NCBI GenBank assembly: GCA_963705985.1
Contig: CAVPLK010000002.1
Location: forward strand, 39,855 to 103,854
Reading direction: 5' to 3'
Source: an uncultured Gemmatimonadales bacterium
Lineage (GTDB): Bacteria > Gemmatimonadota > Gemmatimonadetes > Gemmatimonadales > GWC2-71-9
DNA: 64,000 nucleotides
In this document: piece after piece, positions 10,721-20,395 of the stretch
Layout of the letters: every line of letters starts with the position of its first letter
How positions within the stretch are numbered: the first letter of the stretch is position 1
The notes under the pieces: generated by a model
The model's database searches: none
What the model saw: the letters and a program-made list of their open reading frames with translations, nothing else
What the model was told of the DNA's origin: nothing
Translations under genes and position numbers: made by a program

Positions 10721-12199
10721 ATGACACCTCTCGATCTCACCGTCATTGTTGCGTATTTCACGCTCACCCTGGGCGTGGGGCTCTGGGTATCCCGCTCCCA
10801 GTCCACCGCCGGCGACTATTTTCTCGGCGCGCGCAACCTCCCCGCCTGGGCCATCCTCTTTTCCATCGTCGCAACCGAAACCTCCGCCATCACCGTCATC
10901 TCGGTGCCGGGCCTCGGCGCGCGTGGCGACCTCACCTTCCTCCAACTCACGTTCGGCTACCTCCTCGGCCGATTTGGCGTGGCGCTCTGGCTCCTTCCCG
11001 GCTACTTCCGCGGCGACCAGGAAACGGCGTACCAGCGGATCGAGAGTCGCTTCGGGCCGACGAGCCGGCGCCTCGTGTCGGTCGTCTTTCTCCTCACCCG
11101 GCTGCTGGGTGACGGCGTCCGGATCTTCGCCGGCTCGATCCCGCTCGCGCTGCTGACCGGCTGGTCGGTGCCCACCGCCATCGTGGCGATGGGCACCATC
11201 ACCCTCGTCTACACCCTCCTCGGCGGATTGAAGGCGGTGGTGTGGTCGGACGTCATCCAGCTCGCGGTCTACGTGACGGGCGGCATCGCCGCGCTCGGGA
11301 TCGCCTGGCACCTCGCCGGCGGCGCCGACCAGGCGCTTGCGGCCGCTGCGGCGGCGGGCAAGCTCCGGATCTTCAACCCGGTCATCAGCTTCACCCAGAC
11401 CTACACCCTGCTCGGGGGCCTGATCGGCGGCGCCCTGCTCTCCGCCGCGTCGCACGGCACCGACCAGCTGATCGTGCAGCGCCTGCTCGCCACGCGCTCG
11501 CTGCGGGACGCGCGCATCGCCGTCGTCGGCTCCGGTGTGGCCGTCATCCTCCAGTTCGCGCTCTTCCTGCTGATTGGTTCCGCGATCTGGGCGGCGGGAC
11601 TCGCCCCCGATGACATGCCGGCCGACCAGATCTTCTCGCGCTTCATCCTCGACCAGCTACCCGCCGGGCTGGCAGGACTGATGGTGGCCGGAATCCTGGC
11701 CGCGGCGATGAGCACCATCAGCTCGTCGATCAACGCCCTGGCCAGCTCGGTGACCCACGACCTCTACTCGTCCTGGACCGGCGTGAAGGATCCCGTCCGG
11801 CTGCTCCGGCTCGGCAAGCTCTTCTCCGCCGGCTGGGGCATTGCGCTGATCGGCGCCGCCCTCTTCTTCGATCAGCTCTCCCGCGGCGGCGACACGCCGG
11901 TGGTGGTCCTGGCGCTCTCCATCGCGTCCATCACCTATGGCGCGCTGCTTGGCACCTATGTCCTTGCGGCCCGGGTGACGCGGTCCCGCGGCCGGGACGT
12001 GGTCGGCGCCGTGCTGCTGTCGGTGACGGTCATGCTCTTCGTGGTCTTCTCGGCGCCGCTGTCGGGGTCCCCAGGACTCGGGTGGCTGGCGCCGGTGGGC
12101 AGGCTGGCCTGGCCGTGGTACGTTCCTGCGGGCACCGCCCTGACCATCCTGGCAGGCTGGCTCCTCAGCACCCTTCCTCACGCGGAGAGCAGGCGATGA
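10721..12199 (+). CDS. Sodium:solute symporter family transporter
   Basis: 492-aa polytopic ORF with an SSF-type N-terminus (DYFLGARNLPAWAILFSIVATETSAITVISVPG). Its stop overlaps the next start (ATGA). Confidence 0.88.
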   Translation: MTPLDLTVIVAYFTLTLGVGLWVSRSQSTAGDYFLGARNLPAWAILFSIVATETSAITVISVPGLGARGDLTFLQLTFGYLLGRFGVALWLLPGYFRGDQETAYQRIESRFGPTSRRLVSVVFLLTRLLGDGVRIFAGSIPLALLTGWSVPTAIVAMGTITLVYTLLGGLKAVVWSDVIQLAVYVTGGIAALGIAWHLAGGADQALAAAAAAGKLRIFNPVISFTQTYTLLGGLIGGALLSAASHGTDQLIVQRLLATRSLRDARIAVVGSGVAVILQFALFLLIGSAIWAAGLAPDDMPADQIFSRFILDQLPAGLAGLMVAGILAAAMSTISSSINALASSVTHDLYSSWTGVKDPVRLLRLGKLFSAGWGIALIGAALFFDQLSRGGDTPVVVLALSIASITYGALLGTYVLAARVTRSRGRDVVGAVLLSVTVMLFVVFSAPLSGSPGLGWLAPVGRLAWPWYVPAGTALTILAGWLLSTLPHAESRR

Positions 12200-13092
12200 C
12201 CGCTCCCCTGATCGGCGCCGACGTCGGCGGTTCCAAGACCGCGGTGTCGGTGGGCGAGGCCAGCAATGTCCGGGGCCGCGCCCTCGGACCCGGCGCGGCG
12301 GTCCGTCCCGGGCGCGCCATCGCGTCGGCGGCCACCATCGCGGAAACGGTGCGCAGGGCGCTCGCGGCCGCCGGGGCGATGCGTGGGTCCGTGCTGGTGG
12401 TCGGGGCGGCCGGGACCGGGCGGGAATCGGAGCGGAACGAGCTCGAGCAGGCGCTTCGCACCGAGGCGCTCGCCGACCGCGTGAAGGTGACGACCGACAT
12501 CGAGATCGCGCTCACCGCCGCGTTCGGCGAAGGGCCGGGCATCGTCGTCGTCGCGGGGACGGGCAGCGTGGTGCTGGGGCGGGACCCGGAGGGGCGGATG
12601 CTCCGCCGGGGAGGGTACGGCTGGCAGATGGGCGACGAAGGCAGCGGCTACGCCATCGGGCGCGCCGCACTCGGCGCGGTGAGCCGCGCCAGGGACAGCC
12701 GGAGCCCCGAGACGGCGATTACCCCGGTGCTCATGGAAGCGACGAGGAGCCTCGATTTCGATGCGCTGGTGCGCTGGGCGGCGTCGGCGGGGCCGGCGGA
12801 GGTCGCCTCACTCGCGCCGCATGTGCTGCACACTGCGGAACGGGGCGATGCCGTGGCCCAGGGAATTGCCGACTACGCGGCGCGGGAGTTGAGTGCCCTC
12901 GTACTGCAGTTGGCGGATGAATTCCCGACCGGTGAACGGGTGGGCGTCGCGCTGATGGGCGGGATGCTCGCCGAGGAACGCTCGCTCCGGAGCGCCGTCC
13001 TGGAAAAGCTGGGGACGGAATCCACGCTGCGTCCGCTGGCCACCATCGTGGACGCCACGCTTGGAGCGCTGGCCATGGCGGCTCGGATGTGA
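12196..13092 (+). CDS. BadF/BadG/BcrA/BcrD-type ATPase, N-acetylglucosamine/MurNAc kinase-like
   Basis: ASKHA-fold motifs IGADVGGSKTAV, VVAGTGSVVLG and GWQMGDEGSGYAIG. The ATG at 12196 overlaps the transporter stop. Confidence 0.8.
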   Translation: MTAPLIGADVGGSKTAVSVGEASNVRGRALGPGAAVRPGRAIASAATIAETVRRALAAAGAMRGSVLVVGAAGTGRESERNELEQALRTEALADRVKVTTDIEIALTAAFGEGPGIVVVAGTGSVVLGRDPEGRMLRRGGYGWQMGDEGSGYAIGRAALGAVSRARDSRSPETAITPVLMEATRSLDFDALVRWAASAGPAEVASLAPHVLHTAERGDAVAQGIADYAARELSALVLQLADEFPTGERVGVALMGGMLAEERSLRSAVLEKLGTESTLRPLATIVDATLGALAMAARM

Positions 13093-13121
13093 TCTCCGCG
13101 ATGGCCGGAGGCCGATAGGCC

Positions 13122-13266
13122 GTCACCCCCGCGAACGCGGGGGTCCACTCGGATTGCAGATGGATTCCCGCTTTCGCGGGAATGACAATGCTACTGCCCC
13201 GCTGCCCCCTCTCCCTCCGGGCGTAGACCCCTCACCCCCTACCCCCTCTCCCTCCGGGAGAGGGGG
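13122..13266. repeat. Composite intergenic repeat locus (four modules) between convergent genes
   Basis: Hairpins: CCCCCGC gaac GCGGGGG (13126-13143), ATTCCCGC tttc GCGGGAAT (13164-13183) and an 11-bp stem CCCCCTCTCCC tcc GGGAGAGGGGG (13242-13266). A CTGCCCCGCTGCCCC tract sits at 13194-13215. Spurious ORFs here give the tell-tale peptides SRFRGND and PLSPSGRGG. Confidence 0.85.
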
Positions 13267-13273
13267 CGTTCTG

Positions 13274-14833
13274 TTACTTCTCCGCCGCCTCGCGCTCCGC
13301 GTCATCCTTGATCCGCAACCGGCTGTGCCGCACGCTGTACAGGAAGTAGATCGCCAATCCCACCAGCAGCCAGATCCCGAACCGCTCCCAGGTGACCTTG
13401 GGCAACTTGAACATCAGGTACACGCAGGCGACGATGGAGATCATCGGAGTCAGCGGCACGAGGGGCACCCGGAAGGGGCGCACCCGGTCCGGCTCCTTGT
13501 ATCGCAGCACGATGACCCCCAGCGACACCAGCACGAAGGCGAAAAGGGTGCCGATGTTGGTCAGGTCCACCACCTCGGCGATGTTCGCGAAGGCGGCGAA
13601 GATGCCGACGAAGAGGCCGGTCAGGATGGTGCCGACGTACGGCGTCTTGTACTTCGGGTGCACCTTGGCCAGGAACGGCGGGAGGAGCCCGTCGCGGGCC
13701 ATCGACATGAAGATCCGCGGCTGGCCCAGCTGGAACACGAGCAGCACGCTGAACATGGCGATGACCGCACCCAGCGAGATGATGAACCGTGAGGCGTTGA
13801 TCAGCTTCGGCGGTCCGTCGGCAAAGGCCAGGGCGGTGATCATCGGCTCCGCGGTGCCGAGCTGCTGCCAGGGCGCGATGCCGGTCATCACCGCCGAGAG
13901 GGCGATGTAGAGCACCGTGCAGATGGCCAGGCTCATGATGATGCCGAAGGGCATGTCCCGCCCCGGGTCCTTCGCCTCCTCCGCCGCCGTGGACACCGCG
14001 TCGAAGCCGATGTAACTGAAGAAGATGATGGCTGCGCCGGCGCCGATGCCGGAAATGCCGTTGGGGGCAAAGCCGCCGGTGGCCGGGTTGGTCCAGTTGT
14101 CCGGCTTGAGCAGGGTGAGGCCCACCGCAATGAAGAAGAGGATGATGGCGATCTTGAGGACGACCATCGCGTTGTTCGAGTTGGCCGACTCCTTGATGCC
14201 GTACACCAGGAGGATGGTGATCAGCATGACGGCGATGAACGCGGGAACGTTGGCAATGAACGGAAGCCCGAAGACCTCCGGCGCGCCCGTCACTGCCGAG
14301 GCGAGGTACACCGTATTCGGGTCGGCGGCACCGGCCGCCAGCGCCTTGGCGGCGTCGTAGGCGGTGCGATAGTCGGTGGCGAGCCACGCCGGCAGCGACA
14401 GCCCGAAGTGGCTGATGAGTTCCCGGAAGTGCCCTGACCACCCGATGGCCACGCCGATGTTGCCGACGGCGTATTCGATAATCAGGTCCCACCCGATGAT
14501 CCAGGCGATGAACTCGCCGAGCGAGGCGTAGGCGTAGGTATAGGCCGAGCCGGCAATCGGCACCATCGCGGCAAACTCGGCGTAGCAGAGCGCCGCGAAT
14601 CCGCAGGCCACGGCGGTGAGCAGGAAGGAGAGGATGATGGCCGGCCCGGCCCCGGGCCGCGCCGCGTCACCGACAATGGCGGTACCCGTGGTGGCGAAGA
14701 TGCCGGCGCCGATCGTGGCACCGACGCCGAGGGCGGTCAGGTGCCACTTGCCGAGGGTGCGGCGGAGGCCGCCGCGCGAGGCGAGATCGTCTTCGCAGTC
14801 CTGGACCGACTTGAGGCGGAAGAGCTGGCTCAT
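13274..14833 (-). CDS. APC-superfamily amino acid permease (cationic amino acid transporter-like)
   Basis: 519-aa ORF with about 12-14 TM segments and the typical N-terminal block LKRTLGKWHLTALGVGATIGAGIFATTG. Confidence 0.9.
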   Translation of the reverse strand: MSQLFRLKSVQDCEDDLASRGGLRRTLGKWHLTALGVGATIGAGIFATTGTAIVGDAARPGAGPAIILSFLLTAVACGFAALCYAEFAAMVPIAGSAYTYAYASLGEFIAWIIGWDLIIEYAVGNIGVAIGWSGHFRELISHFGLSLPAWLATDYRTAYDAAKALAAGAADPNTVYLASAVTGAPEVFGLPFIANVPAFIAVMLITILLVYGIKESANSNNAMVVLKIAIILFFIAVGLTLLKPDNWTNPATGGFAPNGISGIGAGAAIIFFSYIGFDAVSTAAEEAKDPGRDMPFGIIMSLAICTVLYIALSAVMTGIAPWQQLGTAEPMITALAFADGPPKLINASRFIISLGAVIAMFSVLLVFQLGQPRIFMSMARDGLLPPFLAKVHPKYKTPYVGTILTGLFVGIFAAFANIAEVVDLTNIGTLFAFVLVSLGVIVLRYKEPDRVRPFRVPLVPLTPMISIVACVYLMFKLPKVTWERFGIWLLVGLAIYFLYSVRHSRLRIKDDAEREAAEK

Positions 14834-14839
14834 CAGGTC

Positions 14840-15769
14840 CTATTTCGATGGGAGAGTAAAGGTCATCGTCGCCACTCCAGGCACGGCCACGCCCTCGGTG
14901 TTCCGCGCGGGCTTGAACCGGTAGGTCTCGGCGCGCTCCGCAAACCGGGCGGCGAATTCGCGATCGTCGATCTTCGGTTCGGTCTCGACCCGGGCCACCC
15001 GGCCGTCGGCCCGGACGTGGAAGGTGACGCGGAGGGTCTGCCCCCGCAGCTCCTTGGGTGGCTTCTCGAAGAAGAATGTCCCGTAGGTCCACTGTGGCTC
15101 GCGGCCCGACCCGCCGCCGCCCCCGCCGCCACTGCCGGGCCCGCTCCCCGCGCCGGTGCCGGTCCCCACCCCGCCGCCGGAGCCGCCCCCACTCCCGCCA
15201 CCGCTGCCAGGCCCCGATCCCGGGCCTCCGCTCCCTGCGCCGGGCGCCGTCACGCTATCCACCGACGACGCGACCACCGTCGGGGTGGGTTGGGTATCGG
15301 CTGGCACAGGGGTCGGCGCGACGACGTCAGGTGGCACCACTTCGGGCGGGGGAACGGCGAGCTGTTCCGCCGGGGCCGACACAGCGGGAGGCTGCAACGG
15401 CGGGAGCGAAATATACCGGACCCTCTGGCCCCCGCCACCCCCACCACCACCGCCGCCGGGTGCCAGCGAAGGGTTGCCCGCCGCGGGCGTCTGGATGAAC
15501 GTGTCGACAGCGCCCCGGATGATCAGGACGAGGATCGCCGCATGGAACAGCAGCGAGACCGCGGCCCCGACGAGGGAGCGCAGATCACGCTGGCGTTCCA
15601 GCAGCGGGTGCGGGGGGAGAGGGGTCTGGCTCACGGCTCCATGATACACCCGACGGGCGTCGACACCACCGCCAGAGGCGGGGGCCGGCGCCCGTCGAAT
15701 TGGGCTGAAGATGTTGGCGACACCGGCATCCGGGAGACGTCCGGGAGGCCTGGGTGCCGCACCACTCAC
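14840..15769 (-). CDS. TonB-family energy transducer-like protein with long Gly/Pro-rich linker
   Basis: One TM segment (LVGAAVSLLFHAAILVLII), Pro-rich and (GGS)n spacers, and a TonB-C-like end (TLRVTFHVRADGRVARVE...RFKPARNTEGVAVPGVATMTFTL). The start is uncertain; GTG at 15634 or 15649 are alternatives. Confidence 0.7.
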   Translation of the reverse strand: MSGAAPRPPGRLPDAGVANIFSPIRRAPAPASGGGVDARRVYHGAVSQTPLPPHPLLERQRDLRSLVGAAVSLLFHAAILVLIIRGAVDTFIQTPAAGNPSLAPGGGGGGGGGGQRVRYISLPPLQPPAVSAPAEQLAVPPPEVVPPDVVAPTPVPADTQPTPTVVASSVDSVTAPGAGSGGPGSGPGSGGGSGGGSGGGVGTGTGAGSGPGSGGGGGGGSGREPQWTYGTFFFEKPPKELRGQTLRVTFHVRADGRVARVETEPKIDDREFAARFAERAETYRFKPARNTEGVAVPGVATMTFTLPSK

Positions 15770-15776
15770 CCTGCGA

Positions 15777-16196
15777 TTACTGGCCTGCGTCTCTCGGCGT
15801 GAAGCCGATGACCTGGACTCCGGCCCCGCGGGCGATATCCATCGCCTCGACGACGTCCTGGTAGATCCGGTTCGGCCCCGCCTTGATGAACATCAGCTTG
15901 GCCGGCCGCTCATCATAAATCGCGTGGAGCTGCGCGTCGAGCTGGTCCTTCGGGTACGGCTGCGTGTTGATCGCGTACGAGCCGTCATCCAGCAGTTCCA
16001 GCACGATCTGGAACGAGGGCTGCTGCGTGGTGTTCGGCGTATCGGGGGGCGGGACCTGGATGTCCATCGCCATCCGGTTCAGCGGCTGCGTGATCATGAA
16101 GATGATCAGCAGCACCAGCAGCACGTCGATCATCGGCGTGACGTTGATTTCCGAGGAGACTTCCCCCGGGTTCGCGCCGCCAGCGGACATGGACAT
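15777..16196 (-). CDS. exbD: Biopolymer transport protein ExbD/TolR
   Basis: 139 aa with the signature INVTPMIDVLLVLLIIFM and a periplasmic domain. Confidence 0.9.
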   Translation of the reverse strand: MSMSAGGANPGEVSSEINVTPMIDVLLVLLIIFMITQPLNRMAMDIQVPPPDTPNTTQQPSFQIVLELLDDGSYAINTQPYPKDQLDAQLHAIYDERPAKLMFIKAGPNRIYQDVVEAMDIARGAGVQVIGFTPRDAGQ

Positions 16197-16199
16197 GGG

Positions 16200-16640
16200 C
16201 TACTCCTTCTTCTGCAGCAGCCCGGTGTTCTCGGGCTCCGTGATGGCGGCGAGGACCCGCACACCGGCGCGCCGCGCCAGTTCCACAGCGTCCTGCACCC
16301 GGCTGTACTTCAGGTTGTTGTCGGCCTTGAAGTACAGGATCTTGTCCTCGGTCCGGGCCGCGTAGACGGTGCGGAGGTAGTCCTCCAGGACCGCCTCGTC
16401 GACCGGCTTGGTGTCGAGGAAGAACTTCCCGTGCATGTCGATGCCGAGGATGACGTCGGTCTCCTCCTCGGGGCTGGGATCCAGGTTCTTGCCCTTGGGC
16501 AGGGTAGCCTGGAAGCCGGCCGCGATGAGGGGCGTGACGATCATGAAGATGATGAGGAGCACCAGCATCACGTCGATCATCGGCGTGACGTTGATGTCCG
16601 CGTTCACCTTGCCGCGGCCACTACCCGTGGAGATGGCCAC
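16200..16640 (-). CDS. exbD: Biopolymer transport protein ExbD/TolR (second copy)
   Basis: 146 aa with the signature INVTPMIDVMLVLLIIFM. Confidence 0.9.
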   Translation of the reverse strand: MAISTGSGRGKVNADINVTPMIDVMLVLLIIFMIVTPLIAAGFQATLPKGKNLDPSPEEETDVILGIDMHGKFFLDTKPVDEAVLEDYLRTVYAARTEDKILYFKADNNLKYSRVQDAVELARRAGVRVLAAITEPENTGLLQKKE

Positions 16641-17370
16641 TGCCGGTCACCGCTTTCTGGGCCTGGAATTCCTTGGTGAAGATCGACCGGCCCTGTGACG
16701 CGCCCACGTTCTTGATGAGCTGGTCGATGAGTTCCTTGGAGGCGTAGGTCATCTCGACGGACAGGTTCTCGATCTTGGTGGTGAAGTAGTTGTAGAACCA
16801 GACCGCGGGAATGGCCACGAGCAGGCCGAACGCCGTGGTGATCAGCGCTTCGGCGATACCGGCCGAGATGCCGGCCAGGCCGCCCGAGGCGCCGGCGGCC
16901 GCCATGCCGGTGAAGGCGTTGACGATACCCATCGTGGTGCCGAGCAGTCCGACGAACGGCGCGGTGGACCCGACCGTGCCCAGCACGCCGAGGCCGCGGC
17001 GGAACTCGGAGAGCAGGATGAGCATCTGGCGCTCAATGGCCCGCTCCGACGAGTTGATGTCGGCGGCGGTGATGGTGGCCCGGTCGCTGATGAGGGGCTT
17101 CATCTCGCCGAGGGCGCCACCGAGGACGCGCGAGATATGGCCGATCTTGTGCTTCTCGGAGAGCTGGATGGCCAACTCGAGGTTGTCCTCCATGATCGCC
17201 TTGGAGAGCTGCGGCGCGAACTTGCGGGTCGCGTTGGTGCTGCGCTTGATCTGGATGAGCTTCGTCACCGCGATCGTCAGCGAGTAGATGGACATGATGC
17301 CCAGCACGATGACGACGCCCTTGGCGAAGGCACCGGATTGGGTCCACAGTTCGAGCATGGAAACGTTCAT
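16621..17370 (-). CDS. exbB: MotA/TolQ/ExbB proton channel protein
   Basis: 249 aa, three TM segments, conserved block GTVGSTAPFVGLLGTTMGIVNAF. Confidence 0.9.
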   Translation of the reverse strand: MNVSMLELWTQSGAFAKGVVIVLGIMSIYSLTIAVTKLIQIKRSTNATRKFAPQLSKAIMEDNLELAIQLSEKHKIGHISRVLGGALGEMKPLISDRATITAADINSSERAIERQMLILLSEFRRGLGVLGTVGSTAPFVGLLGTTMGIVNAFTGMAAAGASGGLAGISAGIAEALITTAFGLLVAIPAVWFYNYFTTKIENLSVEMTYASKELIDQLIKNVGASQGRSIFTKEFQAQKAVTGSGHLHG

Positions 17371-17437
17371 CGGTCGAACCTCCTGAGAGCGTGCTGCGAG
17401 CCGCCGGCGGCGCCGGCGGCAGGGTTGAATTCAAGGG

Positions 17438-18130
17438 CTACGGATTAAACGAGACCGCCTGCTGGACCTGCACGCGCACCGCCTGCCCGCGCACCCTGCC
17501 GGGCCGGAAGACGCTCTTCATGATCATTTCCCTGGCCGGCTCGTTGAACGCCGCATTCGTGGTGCTGATGACGCGGAACCCGGCCGATTCGGGATGACCG
17601 GTGGTATCGATGACGAACGACGCGACCACCCGGCCACCGATGCCGGCCCGCTCGAGGACCGGCGGGTAGCGGCGGGGACCAGCGGAAATCAGGTCCGGCG
17701 GATCGTCCACCTGGGCCTCGAGATAGGTCTCGCCGGTCACGGGGCCGGTGCCGCCGACCACGCCGACCGCCACGCCACCCTGCACGCCGGTGCCGGTGAA
17801 GTCCTTGGGGTCGAACCGCTCGTTCAGGTTGATCGGCGGGATTTCCGTGGGGATGTCCTGCACGGCGACCACCGTCTGGAACCCGCGCGGCGGCGGATTG
17901 GCACTCACGATGGCGTCCGGCGGCGGGGCCTCGGGCGGCGGCGCCTCGGGCTTGGGAGGCGCCAGGAACACCAGCGTGGTGTCCGCCAGCCGCTCCCGCA
18001 CGACCTCGGCCGCGCCGGTCGTGGCGATGACGGCACCCGTGATCAGAATGGCGTGCAGGACGACCGAGACCACGAACTGGCCGGCGGTGCGCTGCTTTGC
18101 GGGCTTGGATTCGACCAGAACCTCGAACAC
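17438..18130 (-). CDS. tonB: Energy transducer TonB
   Basis: N-terminal anchor (VVSVVLHAILITGAVI), a PPKPEAPPPEAPPP spacer and a TonB C-terminal domain (YPPVLERAGIGGRVVASFVIDTTG). The preferred start is GTG at 18130, preceded by GGAGG (the track ORF starts at 18205). Confidence 0.82.
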   Translation of the reverse strand: MFEVLVESKPAKQRTAGQFVVSVVLHAILITGAVIATTGAAEVVRERLADTTLVFLAPPKPEAPPPEAPPPDAIVSANPPPRGFQTVVAVQDIPTEIPPINLNERFDPKDFTGTGVQGGVAVGVVGGTGPVTGETYLEAQVDDPPDLISAGPRRYPPVLERAGIGGRVVASFVIDTTGHPESAGFRVISTTNAAFNEPAREMIMKSVFRPGRVRGQAVRVQVQQAVSFNP

Positions 18131-18237
18131 GGTCCTACCTCCGTGGTGAGTCAGGCGTGTGGTGCAACCTACGCAACCCGCCTTGCCTCCGTGTGGCCCT
18201 TGCATGACAAATCGATAACAACGGAATGAGAAGTCCC

Positions 18238-18261
18238 GTCACCCCGGCCAGCCGGGGACGG
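18238..18261. repeat. Single copy of the GTCACCCCGGC..GCCGGGGAC hairpin module
   Basis: GTCACCCCGGCCAGCCGGGGAC lies just downstream of the kinase stop (minus strand). It may double as a terminator. Confidence 0.7.
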
Positions 18262-18269
18262 TCGTGAAC

Positions 18270-19730
18270 TTACCCCGCAGCGGCCCCGCCGCCACCCCCC
18301 GCCCGGGGCAAGGTCACCACGAAGCTCGACCCCCGCCCCGGCCGGCTCTGCACCGCGAGGGTCCCGCCGTGCGCCTCGGCGATCCACTTCGTGATGGCGA
18401 GCCCCAGCCCGACGCCGGGACGGTCGCCGGTGCGGGACCGCGCCGGGTCGGCGCGCCAGAACCGGTCGAAAATATGGGGCAGGTCCACTGACGCGATGCC
18501 AATCCCGGTGTCCCGCACCACCAGCCGGACGTCGTCCCCCTCGTCGTCGAGCACCACCGAGACCGACCCCCCTGCCGGCGTGTACTTGACGGCGTTGGTG
18601 ACGAGGTTGAGCAGCAATTGCTGCATCCGGTGCAGGTCGACCTGCACCTCCACGGCGTGCTCGGGCACCACCACCTGGGTGGTCAGCCCATGCTGCTCAG
18701 CCAGCATCCCCGCCGTCTCGCCCACATCGACCACCAGGGCGCGGAGGTCCCTCACTTCCAGCGCCAGCGGCGCCCGGCCCTCGTCCGCACGGGCCAGCAT
18801 CAGCAGGCTGTCGACCAGTTCGTTGAGCTGGTTCAACTGCCCCAGCGTGGTGTCCAGCGCCTCGAGCACCTCCGGTGGGGTCCCTGGGTGGACCAGCGAC
18901 CGCTCCACCCCGGCGCGCAACACCGTCAGCGGCGTCTTGAGTTCGTGGCTCGCGTCGGCCGTGAACCGGCGCAACTGGCTGAAGCTCTGTTCCAGCCGGC
19001 TGAACATCGCGTTCAGGGTGACGGCCAGCCGGGCGAGCTCGTCGCCGGAGGTCGGCACCGCCACCCGGCGGTGGAGGCTTCGGCCGTCTGTGACCTCCTG
19101 GACTTCGTCCATCAGCCGTTCGACCGGGCGCATGGCCCGCCCCGCCAGGAACCAGCCGAGCACGGCGGAGGCGAGGAGAATCAGCGGCACCACGAGCACC
19201 ATCGACTGGACGAGGTCGGCGGGCCCGAACGCGACGGCGGACAGCGGGGCGGCCACGATGACCGCCCCGACCTCGGTGCCCGCTCCATCGACGGGCAGCG
19301 CTGCGTACCGCATCGGTTCTTCGCCCGCGGGGAGGACGGTGGTGCCGATGGACGAACCGACCGGTGCGGGACCGGCCAGCGCCACCAGGCGCTCAATCGC
19401 CGCAAAATTGAGCTGTCGGACGGGATCGTTCAGGTAGAGGGTGCGCCCCGCCCGGTTGAAGACGAGGAGGAGGTCGCGTACGCCCTCGAAGTTGGCGGCC
19501 ACCCCCGGCTGGATTTCCTGCGGGTCGTCCGGTCGGAGCACCGTGGAGAGCACCTGGTAGGATTCGTTCAGCCAGCGGCGGGCGAAGTCGGCCTCGAGCG
19601 CGAGTCGCTGGTCGAGTTCGCGCACGCTCGACTGCCGGCGCTCGAGATAGAGGGCGGTGCCGAAGACCAGCACCGTCGCCGTCAGGGCGACGGTGTACCA
19701 GAAGGTGAGGCGCCCGCGAATGGTGTTCAC
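18270..19730 (-). CDS. Sensor histidine kinase (two TM segments, HAMP, HisKA, HATPase_c)
   Basis: H-box ASHELKTPLT, N-box LLNLVTNAVKYT, and G-boxes DTGIGI and GVGLGLAI. The GTG start at 19730 overlaps the regulator stop (GTGA). The upstream 270 aa of the 759-aa track ORF are an out-of-frame overlap with the regulator gene. Confidence 0.88.
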   Translation of the reverse strand: MNTIRGRLTFWYTVALTATVLVFGTALYLERRQSSVRELDQRLALEADFARRWLNESYQVLSTVLRPDDPQEIQPGVAANFEGVRDLLLVFNRAGRTLYLNDPVRQLNFAAIERLVALAGPAPVGSSIGTTVLPAGEEPMRYAALPVDGAGTEVGAVIVAAPLSAVAFGPADLVQSMVLVVPLILLASAVLGWFLAGRAMRPVERLMDEVQEVTDGRSLHRRVAVPTSGDELARLAVTLNAMFSRLEQSFSQLRRFTADASHELKTPLTVLRAGVERSLVHPGTPPEVLEALDTTLGQLNQLNELVDSLLMLARADEGRAPLALEVRDLRALVVDVGETAGMLAEQHGLTTQVVVPEHAVEVQVDLHRMQQLLLNLVTNAVKYTPAGGSVSVVLDDEGDDVRLVVRDTGIGIASVDLPHIFDRFWRADPARSRTGDRPGVGLGLAITKWIAEAHGGTLAVQSRPGRGSSFVVTLPRAGGGGGAAAG

Positions 19731-20395
19731 GCCTTGACCACGTACCCCACGCCGCGCACCGTGTGGATCAGCTTCTCGTCGTGCCCGGAGTCGACCTTCT
19801 TGCGGAGGCGGTTGATCACCACGTCGACGATGTTGGTGCCGGGATCGAAGTGGTAGTCCCAGGCGTACTCGGTAATCAGCGTCCGGCTCATGACCCGCCC
19901 CGCGTGCCGCAACAGGTACTCGAGCACCGCGTATTCCTTGGGCGTCAGGTCGAGCAGGTCGCCCCCGCGCCGGACCTCGCGGGCGCCGGTATCCAGCGAC
20001 AAGGTGCCCACGACCAGCGTGGGGGGGGCCACCTGCTTGGGCCGCCGCCCGATGGCCTCGACCCGTGCGAGGAGCTCCTCGAACGCGAACGGCTTGGTCA
20101 CGTAGTCGTCGGCGCCGGCCCGCAGCGTTTGCACCTTGAAGTCCACCGCGTCCTGGGCCGTCAGGATCAGGATCGGCGTCGTGACACCGCGGTCGCGCAG
20201 GGTGCGGACAATTTCCAGCCCGGTCATGCCCGGCAGGCGGAGGTCGAGGACCAGCAGGTCGTAGAGGCCGCCGGAGGCCAGCCGCAGCGCCTCGAGGCCG
20301 TCGTCCACCAGGTCGACCTGGTTCTGGTGCTCCTCCAGCCCGCGTTTGACGTAGGGGCCGACAGTCGGGTCGTCTTCGACGACAAGAATCTTCAT
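19727..20395 (-). CDS. OmpR/PhoB-family response regulator
   Basis: 222 aa with a receiver domain (DLLVLDLRLPG, VTKPF) and a winged-helix output domain (LTPKEYAVLEYLL...VRGVGY). Confidence 0.92.
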   Translation of the reverse strand: MKILVVEDDPTVGPYVKRGLEEHQNQVDLVDDGLEALRLASGGLYDLLVLDLRLPGMTGLEIVRTLRDRGVTTPILILTAQDAVDFKVQTLRAGADDYVTKPFAFEELLARVEAIGRRPKQVAPPTLVVGTLSLDTGAREVRRGGDLLDLTPKEYAVLEYLLRHAGRVMSRTLITEYAWDYHFDPGTNIVDVVINRLRKKVDSGHDEKLIHTVRGVGYVVKA

